A DNA stretch of 64,000 bases from an uncultured delta proteobacterium. Its GTDB lineage: Bacteria; Myxococcota_A; Polyangia; Polyangiales; JAFGIB01. A model generated the notes under the pieces. The model did no database searches, was not told where the DNA came from, and was given only the letters and a program-made list of their open reading frames with translations. The DNA is taken from the NCBI GenBank assembly GCA_963778655.1, contig CAVZVA010000009.1:384001-448000 (forward strand). Direction: 5' to 3'. Below, piece by piece: positions 9,332 to 18,903 of the stretch (position 1 is its first letter; every line of letters starts with the position of its first letter). Position numbers and translations under genes: made by a program.

Positions 9332-10450
9332 ATGTCTGAGCACGCGCAACCCCTGTTCGACCTGACCCTCACCGACGAGCAGAGGCTAATGCGAGACACC
9401 GCGCTTCGCTTCGCGCAAACCGAGATGCGTGCGGTCTCGCGCAAGGCCGACGAGGCGGGCGAGGCGCCCGCAGGCTTCTACGCCAAGGCCGCGGAGCTCG
9501 GCTTCAACATGGTGCCGATCGCGGAGCAGCTCGGCGGGCTCGGCGCGCCCCGCTCGCCGGTGAGCAACGTGCTGATCGCCGAGGATCTTGCCTATGGTGA
9601 CATGTCGCTCGCGATCGGCGCGATGAGCGCGCTCTCGTTCATCAACGCGGTGATCGACTGCGGCAGCCCCGCGCAGCAGCAGGCCTTGCTGCCGCCGTTC
9701 ACCGAGGACGGCTTCCGGGCCGCCAGCGTGGCGCTGATGGAGCCCGCCTTGCGCTTCGATCCGCTCGCGCCGCAGACCAGGGCGCGCAAGGACGGCGACG
9801 GCTACGTGCTGCAGGGCGTCAAGACCATGGTCCCGCTCGGCGGTAGCGCCGAGCGCCTGCTGGTGGTGGCGCAGGAGGAAGGCGAAGGTCCCGCGGCCTT
9901 TGTGCTGGCCAAGGGACAGCCGGGGCTGGGGGTCGAGCGCGAGCAGTTCATGGGCTGCCGGCCGCTCGAGCTGAGCCGGCTCACGCTCGAGCAGGTCAAG
10001 CTGCCGGCGAGCGCCAAGCTGGGCGAGGGCCAGAGGCCGTTCGACCTGCGGCGTTTCGTCGACCTCTCGCGCATCGGCATCGCGGCGCTCTCGCTCGGCG
10101 TGGGCCGGGCCGTGCTCGACTACGTGCGCCAGTACTGCAACGAGCGCGTCGCGTTCGGCGAGCCGATCACGCACCGCCAGGCCGTGGCGTTCATGATCGC
10201 CGACATCGCGATCGAGCTCGACGGCATGCGCATGCTGGCTTACCGCGCCGCATCGCGCGCCGAGCGCGGCCTCGATTTTCACCGCGAGGCCTACCTGGCG
10301 CGCATCCAGTGCGCGGAGAAAGGGATGAAGATCGGCACCGACGGCGTGCAGCTGCTCGGCGGCCACGGCTTCATCCGCGAGCACCTGGTCGAGCTCTGGT
10401 ACCGCAACCTGCGCGCGATCGGCATTCTCGAAGGCTGCGTAACCGTTTAG
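9332..10450 (+). CDS. Acyl-CoA dehydrogenase, FadE24-like subunit
   Basis: DLTLTDEQ, ERVAFGEPITHRQAVAFMIADIAIE, GVQLLGGHGFIREHLVELWYRNLRAIGILEG. Confidence 0.9.
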   Translation: MSEHAQPLFDLTLTDEQRLMRDTALRFAQTEMRAVSRKADEAGEAPAGFYAKAAELGFNMVPIAEQLGGLGAPRSPVSNVLIAEDLAYGDMSLAIGAMSALSFINAVIDCGSPAQQQALLPPFTEDGFRAASVALMEPALRFDPLAPQTRARKDGDGYVLQGVKTMVPLGGSAERLLVVAQEEGEGPAAFVLAKGQPGLGVEREQFMGCRPLELSRLTLEQVKLPASAKLGEGQRPFDLRRFVDLSRIGIAALSLGVGRAVLDYVRQYCNERVAFGEPITHRQAVAFMIADIAIELDGMRMLAYRAASRAERGLDFHREAYLARIQCAEKGMKIGTDGVQLLGGHGFIREHLVELWYRNLRAIGILEGCVTV

Positions 10451-10473
10451 ATGAGCCAACAGGAAGACCAACG

Positions 10474-11700
10474 ATGATCCAGCTCGAGCTTTCCGAACAG
10501 CACGCCGCGGCCGAGAAGATGATGCGGGAGGTGGCCAAGAGCCTTTTCCGCCCGATCTCGCGCAAATACGACGTCCAGGAGCATGCGGTGCCGGTCGAGC
10601 TGAAGGTGCTCGACCGCAGGCCTCCGCCGGCGCCGAGCGCGCGTCCGCCCGCGGCCGGGGCGCGCACTGCCGGCCCGCCCGAGAAGAAGGAGCACAAGAA
10701 GCCCGGCACGGTGCAGAACGGCAGCAACATGAGCACGGTGGTCAACGTCATCCAGATGTGCTGGGGTGATGTCGGCCTGATGCTGTCGGTACCGGGCGCC
10801 GGGCTGGGCAACGCCGCGATCGCCGCCGTGGCCACCCCCGAACAGAAGGAGCGCTTCGGCCGGGTGTACGCGGCGATGGCCATCACCGAGCCGGCTTCGG
10901 GTTCGGACTCGGGCTCGATCAGCACCACCGCGCGACTCGACGGCGACCAGTGGGTGCTCAACGGCGAAAAGATCTTCGTCACGGCAGGCGGGCGCTGCGA
11001 CTCGGTCGTGGTGTGGGCGACGCTCGACAAGAGCAAGGGTAAGGCCGCGATCAAGTCGTTCGTGGTGCCCAAGGGCACGCCCGGGATGGAGGTGGTCAAG
11101 CTCGAGCACAAGCTCGGCATCCGCGCCTCGGACACCGCCACCATCCTGCTGACCAACTGCCGCATTCCCAAGGACAACATCCTGGGCAGTGCCGAGGTGC
11201 ATGAGGGCGACAAGCGTGCGGCCTTCGGCCAGGTGATGCAGACCTTCGACAACACGAGGCCGGCGGTGGCCGCGATGGCGATCGGCTGCAGCCGCGCCGC
11301 GCTCGACTTGACCGAGGAGCTGCTGCAGAAGGAGGGCGTCACGCTCGACTTCGACAAGCCGCTTTGGGAGATGAGCGCGCGAGAGGCCGAGCTGGCGAGG
11401 ATGGAGGCCGATTGGGAGGCGTCGCGCCTGCTGGTGCTGCGCGCGGCCTGGATGGCCGACAACGGAGAGCCCAACTCGCTCGAGGCGAGCATGTGCAAGG
11501 CCAAGGCCGGGCGCGTGGGCAACTACATCACGCTGCGCTGCGTCGAGCTGTGCGGCAGCATCGGCTACGGGCAGCAGCAGCTGCTGGAGAAGTGGGCGCG
11601 CGATTCCAAGATCCTCGACATCTTCGAGGGCACGCAGCAGATCCAGCAGCTGATCGTTGCCCGCCGCATTCTCGACAAGAGCTCGGCCGAGCTGAAGTAG
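10474..11700 (+). CDS. Acyl-CoA dehydrogenase, FadE23-like subunit
   Basis: AAMAITEPASGSD, TFDNTRP, LLEKWARDSKILDIFEGTQQIQQLIVARR. Confidence 0.9.
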   Translation: MIQLELSEQHAAAEKMMREVAKSLFRPISRKYDVQEHAVPVELKVLDRRPPPAPSARPPAAGARTAGPPEKKEHKKPGTVQNGSNMSTVVNVIQMCWGDVGLMLSVPGAGLGNAAIAAVATPEQKERFGRVYAAMAITEPASGSDSGSISTTARLDGDQWVLNGEKIFVTAGGRCDSVVVWATLDKSKGKAAIKSFVVPKGTPGMEVVKLEHKLGIRASDTATILLTNCRIPKDNILGSAEVHEGDKRAAFGQVMQTFDNTRPAVAAMAIGCSRAALDLTEELLQKEGVTLDFDKPLWEMSAREAELARMEADWEASRLLVLRAAWMADNGEPNSLEASMCKAKAGRVGNYITLRCVELCGSIGYGQQQLLEKWARDSKILDIFEGTQQIQQLIVARRILDKSSAELK

Positions 11701-11768
11701 TCAGGGGGCCCTGGTCCGCAAGCTACCCCGGCCCTGCGGGGTTGGTGTAAGCTCGGCGTCTCACCCAG

Positions 11769-12875
11769 ATGCGAGCGGCCACCAACGCGAGCGTGCGGAC
11801 GATCTGGCTCACGGCGCTGCTGATGCTCGCGGCGGGCGCGACGCGGGCGTCTGCTCAAGAGGAGTTCGACGAGACGCAAACCACGACGCTCTCGGATACG
11901 CCGCCGGGCGGCGGCGCGCAGCTGAGCCCGGAGCAAGCTGACCAGCAGGCGCGAGCGTTGTTCCAGCAGGGACGCGCCGCCTACGAGGACGGCCGCTATC
12001 GCGACGCCTGGGACTACTTCCGGCGTGCTTATTTGCTCAGCAAACGGCCGGAGCTGCTCTACAACGTAGGTCAGTCAGCCGACCGCCTGCGCATGGACAA
12101 GCAGGCGCTCGAGGCGTTCGAGCTGTACCTCAAGCGCCTGCCCGACGCTGGCAATCGACGCGAGGTGGAGAATCGCGTGCGGGCGCTCAAGGAACGCCTG
12201 GGCCAGAACGGCAATGCAGCAGCGACCGCGGGGGGCGCGACGCAGCCCGACCAGTCGACGCTGGGCGCGGGCAAGAGCGAGACCGAGATCTTCGGCTCGG
12301 CGCCTCTGCCACCTCCGCCTCCGCCCCCGCCGCCCGCGAACGGCCAACCGACGCGCACCGGGTTCTACCTGCGGCTGGCCCTCGGGCCGGGCTGGCTGCA
12401 CGATGGGATCAGCGGCGGCGGCTTCAGCGGCGCGATCACCTCGCTGACCCTGGGCGCGCAGGTGGGCGCCGGCTACGACATCGACCAGGGCATTGTGATC
12501 GGCGGCCTGTTCTCGATCGACGGAGGGCTGTCGCCGAGCGTGAGCGTGGGCTCGGCCAAGTCCGATCTGGCGTCGACCACCTTCTCGGTGCTGGCCGCGT
12601 TCGTCGACTACTACTTCGAGCCGCGCCAGGACGGCTGGCACCTGATGGGCGGGCTGGGCGGCGCCGCGATGACGTTCAGCGACCGTTCGGCCACCGTGGG
12701 CAACAAGACCCCCAGCGGCGGGCTGCTGCTGGTGGCCGGCGGCTACGAATGGCCGCTCGACAAGCAGTGGGCGCTGGGCGTGCTCGGGCGCATCGTGCTC
12801 GCGCGCCTGAGCGAGGATCCGCGCAACCACACCGTGTTCGCGCCTTCGGTCTCCTGCACCGCCGCCTGGTATTGA
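11769..12875 (+). CDS. TPR domain + Pro-rich linker + C-terminal outer-membrane beta-barrel protein
   Basis: ARALFQQGRAAYEDGRY...ELLYNVGQ (TPR), poly-Pro run, GFYLRLALGPG barrel, terminal WY. Confidence 0.75.
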   Translation: MRAATNASVRTIWLTALLMLAAGATRASAQEEFDETQTTTLSDTPPGGGAQLSPEQADQQARALFQQGRAAYEDGRYRDAWDYFRRAYLLSKRPELLYNVGQSADRLRMDKQALEAFELYLKRLPDAGNRREVENRVRALKERLGQNGNAAATAGGATQPDQSTLGAGKSETEIFGSAPLPPPPPPPPPANGQPTRTGFYLRLALGPGWLHDGISGGGFSGAITSLTLGAQVGAGYDIDQGIVIGGLFSIDGGLSPSVSVGSAKSDLASTTFSVLAAFVDYYFEPRQDGWHLMGGLGGAAMTFSDRSATVGNKTPSGGLLLVAGGYEWPLDKQWALGVLGRIVLARLSEDPRNHTVFAPSVSCTAAWY

Positions 12876-12965
12876 GGAGGCGATCGGCGTGTTCTGTAGG
12901 GCGGTCGCTTGACCGCATGGCCGCGGCGTGACTACCGTGCCGCCGTTTCGGTGCGAGCCGTCGTC

Positions 12966-14168
12966 ATGACCCCGCGTGCGTTGCCGTTGCTGTGTGTGCT
13001 CGCCGCCTGCGCGAGCGGGTCGGCGGTGCGTCCGGCTGCCGCCCCCGCACCGCAGGCTGCGGCTGCGCCGCAGGCCGCGGCGAGCGGGCCGATCGAGGTG
13101 CCCGTGGCGCCGGCCGTGGCCCCGCTGCCGCGCGAGCTGGTCGCGACCGACCTGCGCAATCCACGCGGGATGCTGCTCTCTGCGGACGGCTCGCTGTTGG
13201 TAGCCGAGGCCGGTACCGGCGACCCGGCCGACAATCTCACGGGACGCCTGCTGCGGCTGACCGATCACGACGCCGATGGCGACTTCCTGGACGCCGGCGA
13301 GTCGCAGGTGCTGCTCGACCACCAACCCTCCAAGAACATTCTGTCGATCGTGCGTCGCGACGAGGTGTTCGGTATGGCGGGGATGGCGCGCGGCGACGAC
13401 ACCGTGCTGGTCGCGCTGGCGTTCTTCGGCGGCCCCTCGACCGTGTTTCGCGTGCAGGGCGACACCACCAGCGTGTGGGCCACGACGCACGGCAACATCA
13501 ACGACCTCAGCTACGACCCGCGGCGCAAGCAATGGTTCGGCGTGGCCAGCACCACCGACGAGGTGCTGTGGCTGCGCCCGGGCGGCGGCGCGGAGCGGGT
13601 GGTGAAGATCCCGCCGCTGCCCGATGGACAGGACGCGGTGCCCGCCTACCTGAGCTTCGACCCGGGGAGCGGGGAGCTGCTGGTCACGCTGTTCAGCGGG
13701 TCGCCGGAAGGCGAGGAGGGCGGGCGCGGCGTCGAGCTGGTGCCGCGCGCCGGCGGGATCATCGGCGTCGACGTCGAGCACAAGCGCTTCCACTGGGTGG
13801 TGCGCGGGCTGACCGTGCCCACTGATCTCGAGGTCGCCCCCGATGGCTCGATCTACGTGCTGGAGTTCTGCGACGCCTTTCTCGATCCGGTGCCGACGCG
13901 CGAGGCGCTGTTCGCCGGACCCAGCCACGGCGGCTTCAAGCGCTTCTCCGGGCGCCTGCTGCGCATCGACCGCGCACACGGGACGGTCACGGTCGTGGCG
14001 CAGGGCCTGGACGCGCCTACCAACCTCGCGCTGGGAGCCGGCGCGCTCTACATCGCCGAAGGAATGGGCACGCCCGGCCGGCAGATCCCGGGGCCCAGCG
14101 GCCCGACCAAGCTGGTCGGCTTCATCGAGCGGCTGCCGCTGCCGGCCGGCGCCGGCGCGCCGCGCTGA
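12966..14168 (+). CDS. ScyD/ScyE family beta-propeller lipoprotein
   Basis: Lipobox LAAC; DLRNPRG...DGSLLVAEAG, AVPAYL, GLTVPTDLEVAPDGSIYVLEF, GLDAPTNLA. Confidence 0.7.
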   Translation: MTPRALPLLCVLAACASGSAVRPAAAPAPQAAAAPQAAASGPIEVPVAPAVAPLPRELVATDLRNPRGMLLSADGSLLVAEAGTGDPADNLTGRLLRLTDHDADGDFLDAGESQVLLDHQPSKNILSIVRRDEVFGMAGMARGDDTVLVALAFFGGPSTVFRVQGDTTSVWATTHGNINDLSYDPRRKQWFGVASTTDEVLWLRPGGGAERVVKIPPLPDGQDAVPAYLSFDPGSGELLVTLFSGSPEGEEGGRGVELVPRAGGIIGVDVEHKRFHWVVRGLTVPTDLEVAPDGSIYVLEFCDAFLDPVPTREALFAGPSHGGFKRFSGRLLRIDRAHGTVTVVAQGLDAPTNLALGAGALYIAEGMGTPGRQIPGPSGPTKLVGFIERLPLPAGAGAPR

Positions 14169-14235
14169 GGGGGGGGCGAGTCCCGCACATGGCGCTTGCT
14201 TCGGTGCGCCCGGGACCGCTAAATTCGGTATTGAG

Positions 14236-14934
14236 GTGGCCAAGCGCGACACCCGGCGAGAGCTCATCCTGGCAGCGGAGCGCCTGTTCGCCGAGCGCGG
14301 CATCGAAGGGGTTTCCCTGCGCGAGATCAACCTCGCGGCCAAGCAGCGCAACACCTCGGCGGCGCACTACCACTTCGGCTCCAAGGACGCGCTAGTCGAC
14401 GCGATCTTCGAGTTTCGGCGCGCTGAGGTCGGGCGACGCCGCGACGAGGTGCTCGATTCGCTCGACGCCGGGGAGCGGCCGCTCGACGCCAAGGGTCTGG
14501 CCGAGGCGCTCATCCTGCCGCTGGCGCGCGAGATGCAGCGCGACGACGGGGGCAGCCGCTACCTGGAGTTCCTGGGCCACCTGTTCTTGACCTCGCCCAC
14601 CAAGACCGGCGACATCCTGCGCAAGCACCAGGCCGCCGACGCGCGCTGGGTCAGCATGGCGTCCCGGGCCTTGCCTCACATGCCGCGCCGCATCCTGTGG
14701 ACGCGCCTGCTGCTGATGGGGCGGCACGTGGTGATCTCGCTCGCGTCCTATCAGCGGCGCGGTCTGGGCATCGACGACGTCGGCTTCGAGGCCTACCTGA
14801 GCGACATGATCGACGCGGTGGCCGGCTACCTCGCCGCGCAGCCTTCGGAGCGCACGCTGACGCTGCTGCGCGCCCGCAGCGAGAATGTGCAGGTCGAGCG
14901 ATCCGTCGCCCTGCCTCCGGCAAAGACCAAGTGA
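14236..14934 (+). CDS. TetR/AcrR family transcriptional regulator
   Basis: [47 protein letters not shown]-18-TAAATT upstream (14196-14225). Confidence 0.9.
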   Translation: MAKRDTRRELILAAERLFAERGIEGVSLREINLAAKQRNTSAAHYHFGSKDALVDAIFEFRRAEVGRRRDEVLDSLDAGERPLDAKGLAEALILPLAREMQRDDGGSRYLEFLGHLFLTSPTKTGDILRKHQAADARWVSMASRALPHMPRRILWTRLLLMGRHVVISLASYQRRGLGIDDVGFEAYLSDMIDAVAGYLAAQPSERTLTLLRARSENVQVERSVALPPAKTK

Positions 14935-15040
14935 ATGCGCGGCCTTGGCCGGCGCCGCCGGGGTGCGCGGCTTGCGCGGGGGGCCGATCCTTGATACAAG
15001 GCCAGCCCCGCCGCGAGGACTTGGCAGAGGAGCATCCGGC

Positions 15041-15292
15041 ATGGCACGCGTGACCGTAGAGGACTGTCTGGAGCATGAGGAAAACCGCTTCGCGCTGTGC
15101 ATCCTCGCGGCCAAGCGCACGCGCCAGCTCAACCGCGGCGTTCCGGCGCTGGTCGAGAGCAAGAACCGTGCGGCCGTCACCTCGCTGCGCGAGATCGCCG
15201 CGGGGCGCGTGAAGTACTCGCGTCCGGTCCGAGGGCTGGTCGAAGAGCACATTCAGGAGGCGAAGGCTCTAGTCGACGCCCAAGACGGCTGA
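15041..15292 (+). CDS. rpoZ: DNA-directed RNA polymerase subunit omega
   Basis: [30 protein letters not shown]...[16 protein letters not shown]. Confidence 0.95.
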   Translation: MARVTVEDCLEHEENRFALCILAAKRTRQLNRGVPALVESKNRAAVTSLREIAAGRVKYSRPVRGLVEEHIQEAKALVDAQDG

Positions 15293-15296
15293 GCCT

Positions 15297-15492
15297 GTTC
15301 CCGCCCAGAAACGTCCAGGAGCGGCTTAGCTCCTCGGTCCGGCCCTGCGACGTACTGAGAGTACGCCTCGGTCCGGCCCTGCGGGGGCGCTCGCTCCTGA
15401 ACGATTCTGGACGGGAACTGGGATGCCAGCAGCGTCCAGGAGCGGCTTAGCTCCTCGGTCCGGCCCTGCGACGTACTGAGAGTACGCCTCGG
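15297..15492. repeat. 122-bp MITE/RPE-like palindromic element (15297-15418) plus an adjacent exact 60-bp partial copy (15433-15492)
   Basis: 27-bp terminal inverted repeats with 3 mismatches; central cgtact-gag-agtacg hairpin; 15312-15371 is identical to 15433-15492. Confidence 0.75.
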
Positions 15493-15494
15493 GC

Positions 15495-16097
15495 TCACTT
15501 CGTGGGGGCCGGCTGCCAGATCTCGGCCTCCAGATTCAGCTCGACCTGGTCGCTGACGATGGCGATGCCTTCGATCAAGCCGCTGAAGGTGAGCCCGAAG
15601 TCCTTGCGATTGATCTTCGCGTGCGCCTCGTAGCCGGCGCGACGTTGCGGTCCGTGGCCGAAGTCGACCGTGTGCATACCCTCGAGCTCGCCCTCGAACT
15701 TCACGTTCTTGGTCGTGCCGTGGATGGTGAGCGCGACGGTCGCGGTGAAGGCGTTGCCCTTCCACTTGATGCTCTTGAGCACCAGCTTCAGCGTCGGGAA
15801 CTTGTCGGCCGCCAGGAAGTTGTCGGAGCGCAGGTCGTTGTCGCGCTTCTCCACACCGGTGTCGATCGACTTGGCCTCGGCCTCGGCCTCCAGCTTGGTG
15901 AGCTTGCCGGTCTTGGAATCCGCCTCGAGCTTGGCCGAGAACTTGGTGAATTCCCCGTGCACCTTGGCGAATGCGAGATGGCGTGCGGTGAAGCCGATGT
16001 GGCTGTGGGCGGGGTCCAGGTTCCAGGCGCTGGCCTGGGCCTGGGCTCCGGTCGCGAACAGGGACAGGGCGAGCAGCACAAAGAGACGTTGGGTCAT
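15495..16097 (-). CDS. yceI: YceI family lipid/polyisoprenoid-binding protein
   Basis: WNLDPAHSHIGF, SIDTGVEKRDNDLRSDNF, INRKDFGL. Confidence 0.9.
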   Translation of the reverse strand: MTQRLFVLLALSLFATGAQAQASAWNLDPAHSHIGFTARHLAFAKVHGEFTKFSAKLEADSKTGKLTKLEAEAEAKSIDTGVEKRDNDLRSDNFLAADKFPTLKLVLKSIKWKGNAFTATVALTIHGTTKNVKFEGELEGMHTVDFGHGPQRRAGYEAHAKINRKDFGLTFSGLIEGIAIVSDQVELNLEAEIWQPAPTK

Positions 16098-16230
16098 GGT
16101 CGATCCTCCCGAGCACGGGTGAGGCCGGTCATCCGCGCCCCCTCCCTGCATCCACAGGCAAAGTACGTCCGCCGGCGGTCATCGTTACATAGCCACCGGC
16201 GCGCTCCAGCAATAGACGGCGGTCAGGCAC

Positions 16231-16269
16231 GGACGATGCAGTGGGACGATGCAGTGGGACGGTGCAATG
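16231..16269 (+). repeat. Three tandem copies of a 13-bp unit (GGACGATGCAGTG x2 + GGACGGTGCAATG)
   Basis: Seen directly in the intergenic region upstream of yceI. Confidence 0.7.
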
Positions 16270-16302
16270 TGGCGGACACGCGGCGCGCCCGATCGGCTGC
16301 GC

Positions 16303-17856
16303 TTACGGGTGGGCCATCATCACTTCGATCAAGCACGGCCCGGGCTCGCGCATCGCCCTGGCCAGCTCCGTGCACAGGCTGGCGGCATCCTCCACCCGCA
16401 CGGCCGGCACGCCCATCCCGCGGGCGAGCGCGACGAAGTCCAGGTCGGGCCGTCCGATTTCGAGCAACTCGCGCGCCCGTTCGCCGGCGGTCTCGGCGCC
16501 CACGCGCTGCAGCTCGATGTTCAGAATGCGGTAGGAGCGGTTGGCGAGGATCAGGTTGACCACGTTCAGGCCCTCGCGCGCCTGCGTCCACAGCGCCTGG
16601 ATGGTGTACATCGCGCTGCCGTCTCCATCGAGACACAGCACCTTGCGCGTGGGGCACGCGACCGCCGCGCCCACCGCCAGCGGCAGCCCGATGCCGATCG
16701 AGCCGCCGGTGTTCGAGAGCCAGTCGTGGGGTGGGGCGCCGGCGCAGAATGGAGACACCAGGAAGCCTTCGGTGTTGCCTTCGTCGACCACGATCGCGTC
16801 TTCGGGCAGGTGCGCGGCGATCGCCTCGCCCAGGGTCTTGGCGTCGATCGGGCCGCTCGGGGGGGCCGGTCGCGCGGGCTGCTGCACCTGGGCGGCGTCG
16901 TGCGGGGCGTCCACGGCGTCGGCCAGGCGCTCGAGCGCGTCGAGCGCGTCGTCCTCGGGCAGCGCCAGCCGATGGACCGTGCAGCTGGCCGGTACCAGAT
17001 CGCTCTGCTTGCCGGGATAGGCGAAGAACGCCACAGGGGCCGTGGCGCCCACCAGCACCAGGTGCTTGGCGTCCTTGAGCTCGGCCGCGGCCATCTCGGC
17101 GAAGTAGGGCAAGCGCTCGATCGGCGCGCGCCCGGCCCCGCGCTCCAGCCGAGAGGTGAAGGTGTCGCACATCAGTCGCGCCGAGACCGAGCTCGCGACG
17201 CGGCTGCCCAGGGCCAACCCCGGTGCGCGCAGCGCCTGGCCGTTCATCAGGATCACGCTCTTCTCGCCCGAGCGCAGCGCGCGCGCCGTCTCCTGTACCA
17301 GGGCTTCCTCCGCCTTCGCGCGCGCCGGAATCGGGCGCGGGCGAGCGGGCTCGCCGGCCTCGCTCCAGGACACGTCCGCTTGCAGCACCAGCGTTGCGAT
17401 CTTGCCCGGAGGCGAGCAGGCCGCGGCGACCGCCTCGGCGGCGTCTGCGGCCAGCTCCGCTGGGGAGCTCGTGGTGCGCAGGAAGTCCGAGAGCGGGCGC
17501 GCCAGCCCCTCGACGTCCGAGCTCAGCGGTGCGTCGTAGCGCTTGTGGTAGGTGGCGTGATCGCCCACCACGTTGAGCATCGGGCTGCGCGCGCGGCGCG
17601 CGTTGTGCACGTTGGCCAGCGCGTTGGTGAGGCCAGGCCCCAGGTGCAGCAGCGTGGCGGCGGGCTTGCCGGCCATGCGGGCGTAGCCGTCGGCCGCCCC
17701 CGTGACCACGCCCTCGAACAGCGCCAACACCGGCCGCATCGCCGGCACCGAATCGAGCGCCGCCACGAAGTGCATCTCGGAGGTGCCGGGATTGGCGAAG
17801 CACACGTCGACGCCGCATGCGACCAGCGTACGGAGCAAGCTCTGAGCACCATTCAT
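16303..17856 (-). CDS. TPP-dependent acetolactate synthase large-subunit-like enzyme
   Basis: CFANPGTSEMHFVAALD, GAADGYARM, TPP motif GDGSAMYTIQALWT...N. Confidence 0.9.
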   Translation of the reverse strand: MNGAQSLLRTLVACGVDVCFANPGTSEMHFVAALDSVPAMRPVLALFEGVVTGAADGYARMAGKPAATLLHLGPGLTNALANVHNARRARSPMLNVVGDHATYHKRYDAPLSSDVEGLARPLSDFLRTTSSPAELAADAAEAVAAACSPPGKIATLVLQADVSWSEAGEPARPRPIPARAKAEEALVQETARALRSGEKSVILMNGQALRAPGLALGSRVASSVSARLMCDTFTSRLERGAGRAPIERLPYFAEMAAAELKDAKHLVLVGATAPVAFFAYPGKQSDLVPASCTVHRLALPEDDALDALERLADAVDAPHDAAQVQQPARPAPPSGPIDAKTLGEAIAAHLPEDAIVVDEGNTEGFLVSPFCAGAPPHDWLSNTGGSIGIGLPLAVGAAVACPTRKVLCLDGDGSAMYTIQALWTQAREGLNVVNLILANRSYRILNIELQRVGAETAGERARELLEIGRPDLDFVALARGMGVPAVRVEDAASLCTELARAMREPGPCLIEVMMAHP

Positions 17857-17972
17857 GGCCCGAGCTTACCACCCAAGCGACCGATCTCACCTCCACCGCG
17901 GCTCATCCCATCCTCTTGCTCGTCCTCGTAGCCGCAGCCGCAACCGCGCCCACGCCCGGTGCCGGCCTTGTA

Positions 17973-18767
17973 CTAGTCTTCCGGCAGCGCCAGCGGCGGC
18001 GCTCCCGCGCGCAAGTAGCGGTGATGGATGCGTGCGACCTCTCCGAGCGCGAGCAAGAAGTCCAGCGCGGAGACCTTGGAGCCTCCCACGTCCCGCCAGT
18101 GCTCCACGGGAAGCTCGTAGATCAGCTCGGCCGCCGGCCTTCCGCCACGCTGGCGCTGCAAGCGGATCAGACGCGCGATGAGCTCCACGTCGAACGTCCA
18201 GCCCACCTCGAAGGGCTCGGCGAACAGAACGCGCGTCTCCTCGCCGACCCGGAACAGCTTCGCCCCGCACTGCGTGTCGTAGACCCGCAGCCCCAGCAGC
18301 GTCGAAGCTGCGGTGGCGAACACGCGTCCCAGATAATGGCGGCTGGCCCGGCGCTCGATCGAGCGGCCCAGCAGCTGCACCCGCGAGCCCATGACCAGCA
18401 GCAAGCTGGGTGTGCGCCGCAGCACTTCCGCGAAGCGCAGGACTTCCTGCAGGGGCGTGGCGAGGTCGGCGTCCCAATAGCCGCACAGCGTGACGCCCAG
18501 CTCGAACGCGCGCTGCATCCCGGCGCGTACGGCCTCCGCCTTGCCCCGATTGCGCGGCAGGTCCACCACGATGAAGCGCTCCGGTTCGGCCTGCTGCAAG
18601 GCTTGCAGCAGGCTCAGCGTGCGATCGCGGCTGCCGTCGTTGACGAGGACGAAGCAGATCTCGGGGTGGGCCCGCGCGAAGCGCTCGAGCGCGCCCGGAT
18701 CAAGCCGCCGCTCCTCGTTGTAGCAGGGAACGACGACTGCGATGCTGGAAGACTCGCCTTGGGTCAT
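17973..18767 (-). CDS. GT2 glycosyltransferase (polyprenyl-phosphate glucosyltransferase-like)
   Basis: VVVPCYNEE, VNDGSRD, NRGKAEAVRAG, WDADLATP, YDTQCGAKLFR. Confidence 0.9.
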   Translation of the reverse strand: MTQGESSSIAVVVPCYNEERRLDPGALERFARAHPEICFVLVNDGSRDRTLSLLQALQQAEPERFIVVDLPRNRGKAEAVRAGMQRAFELGVTLCGYWDADLATPLQEVLRFAEVLRRTPSLLLVMGSRVQLLGRSIERRASRHYLGRVFATAASTLLGLRVYDTQCGAKLFRVGEETRVLFAEPFEVGWTFDVELIARLIRLQRQRGGRPAAELIYELPVEHWRDVGGSKVSALDFLLALGEVARIHHRYLRAGAPPLALPED

Positions 18768-18903
18768 GTCCGGGCGGCCTGGGCTTTGCCCTGCGCAGGG
18801 AGCTGCGCGTGCGCTCGGGGCTTGTGCTTGGGCCGGCCCCCGCGCATGATGCCCGAAAAAGGCTCGGCATACAGGGGCTTCGGGGACGCAGTTTGGGTGC
18901 AGG

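Noticed and set aside
12966..14168. Scytonemin biosynthesis
   Set aside because: ScyD/E-like propellers are widespread and no other scy genes are present
15297..16269. CRISPR array from the 60-bp and 13-bp repeats
   Set aside because: Only 2-3 copies, no unique regularly sized spacers, no cas genes
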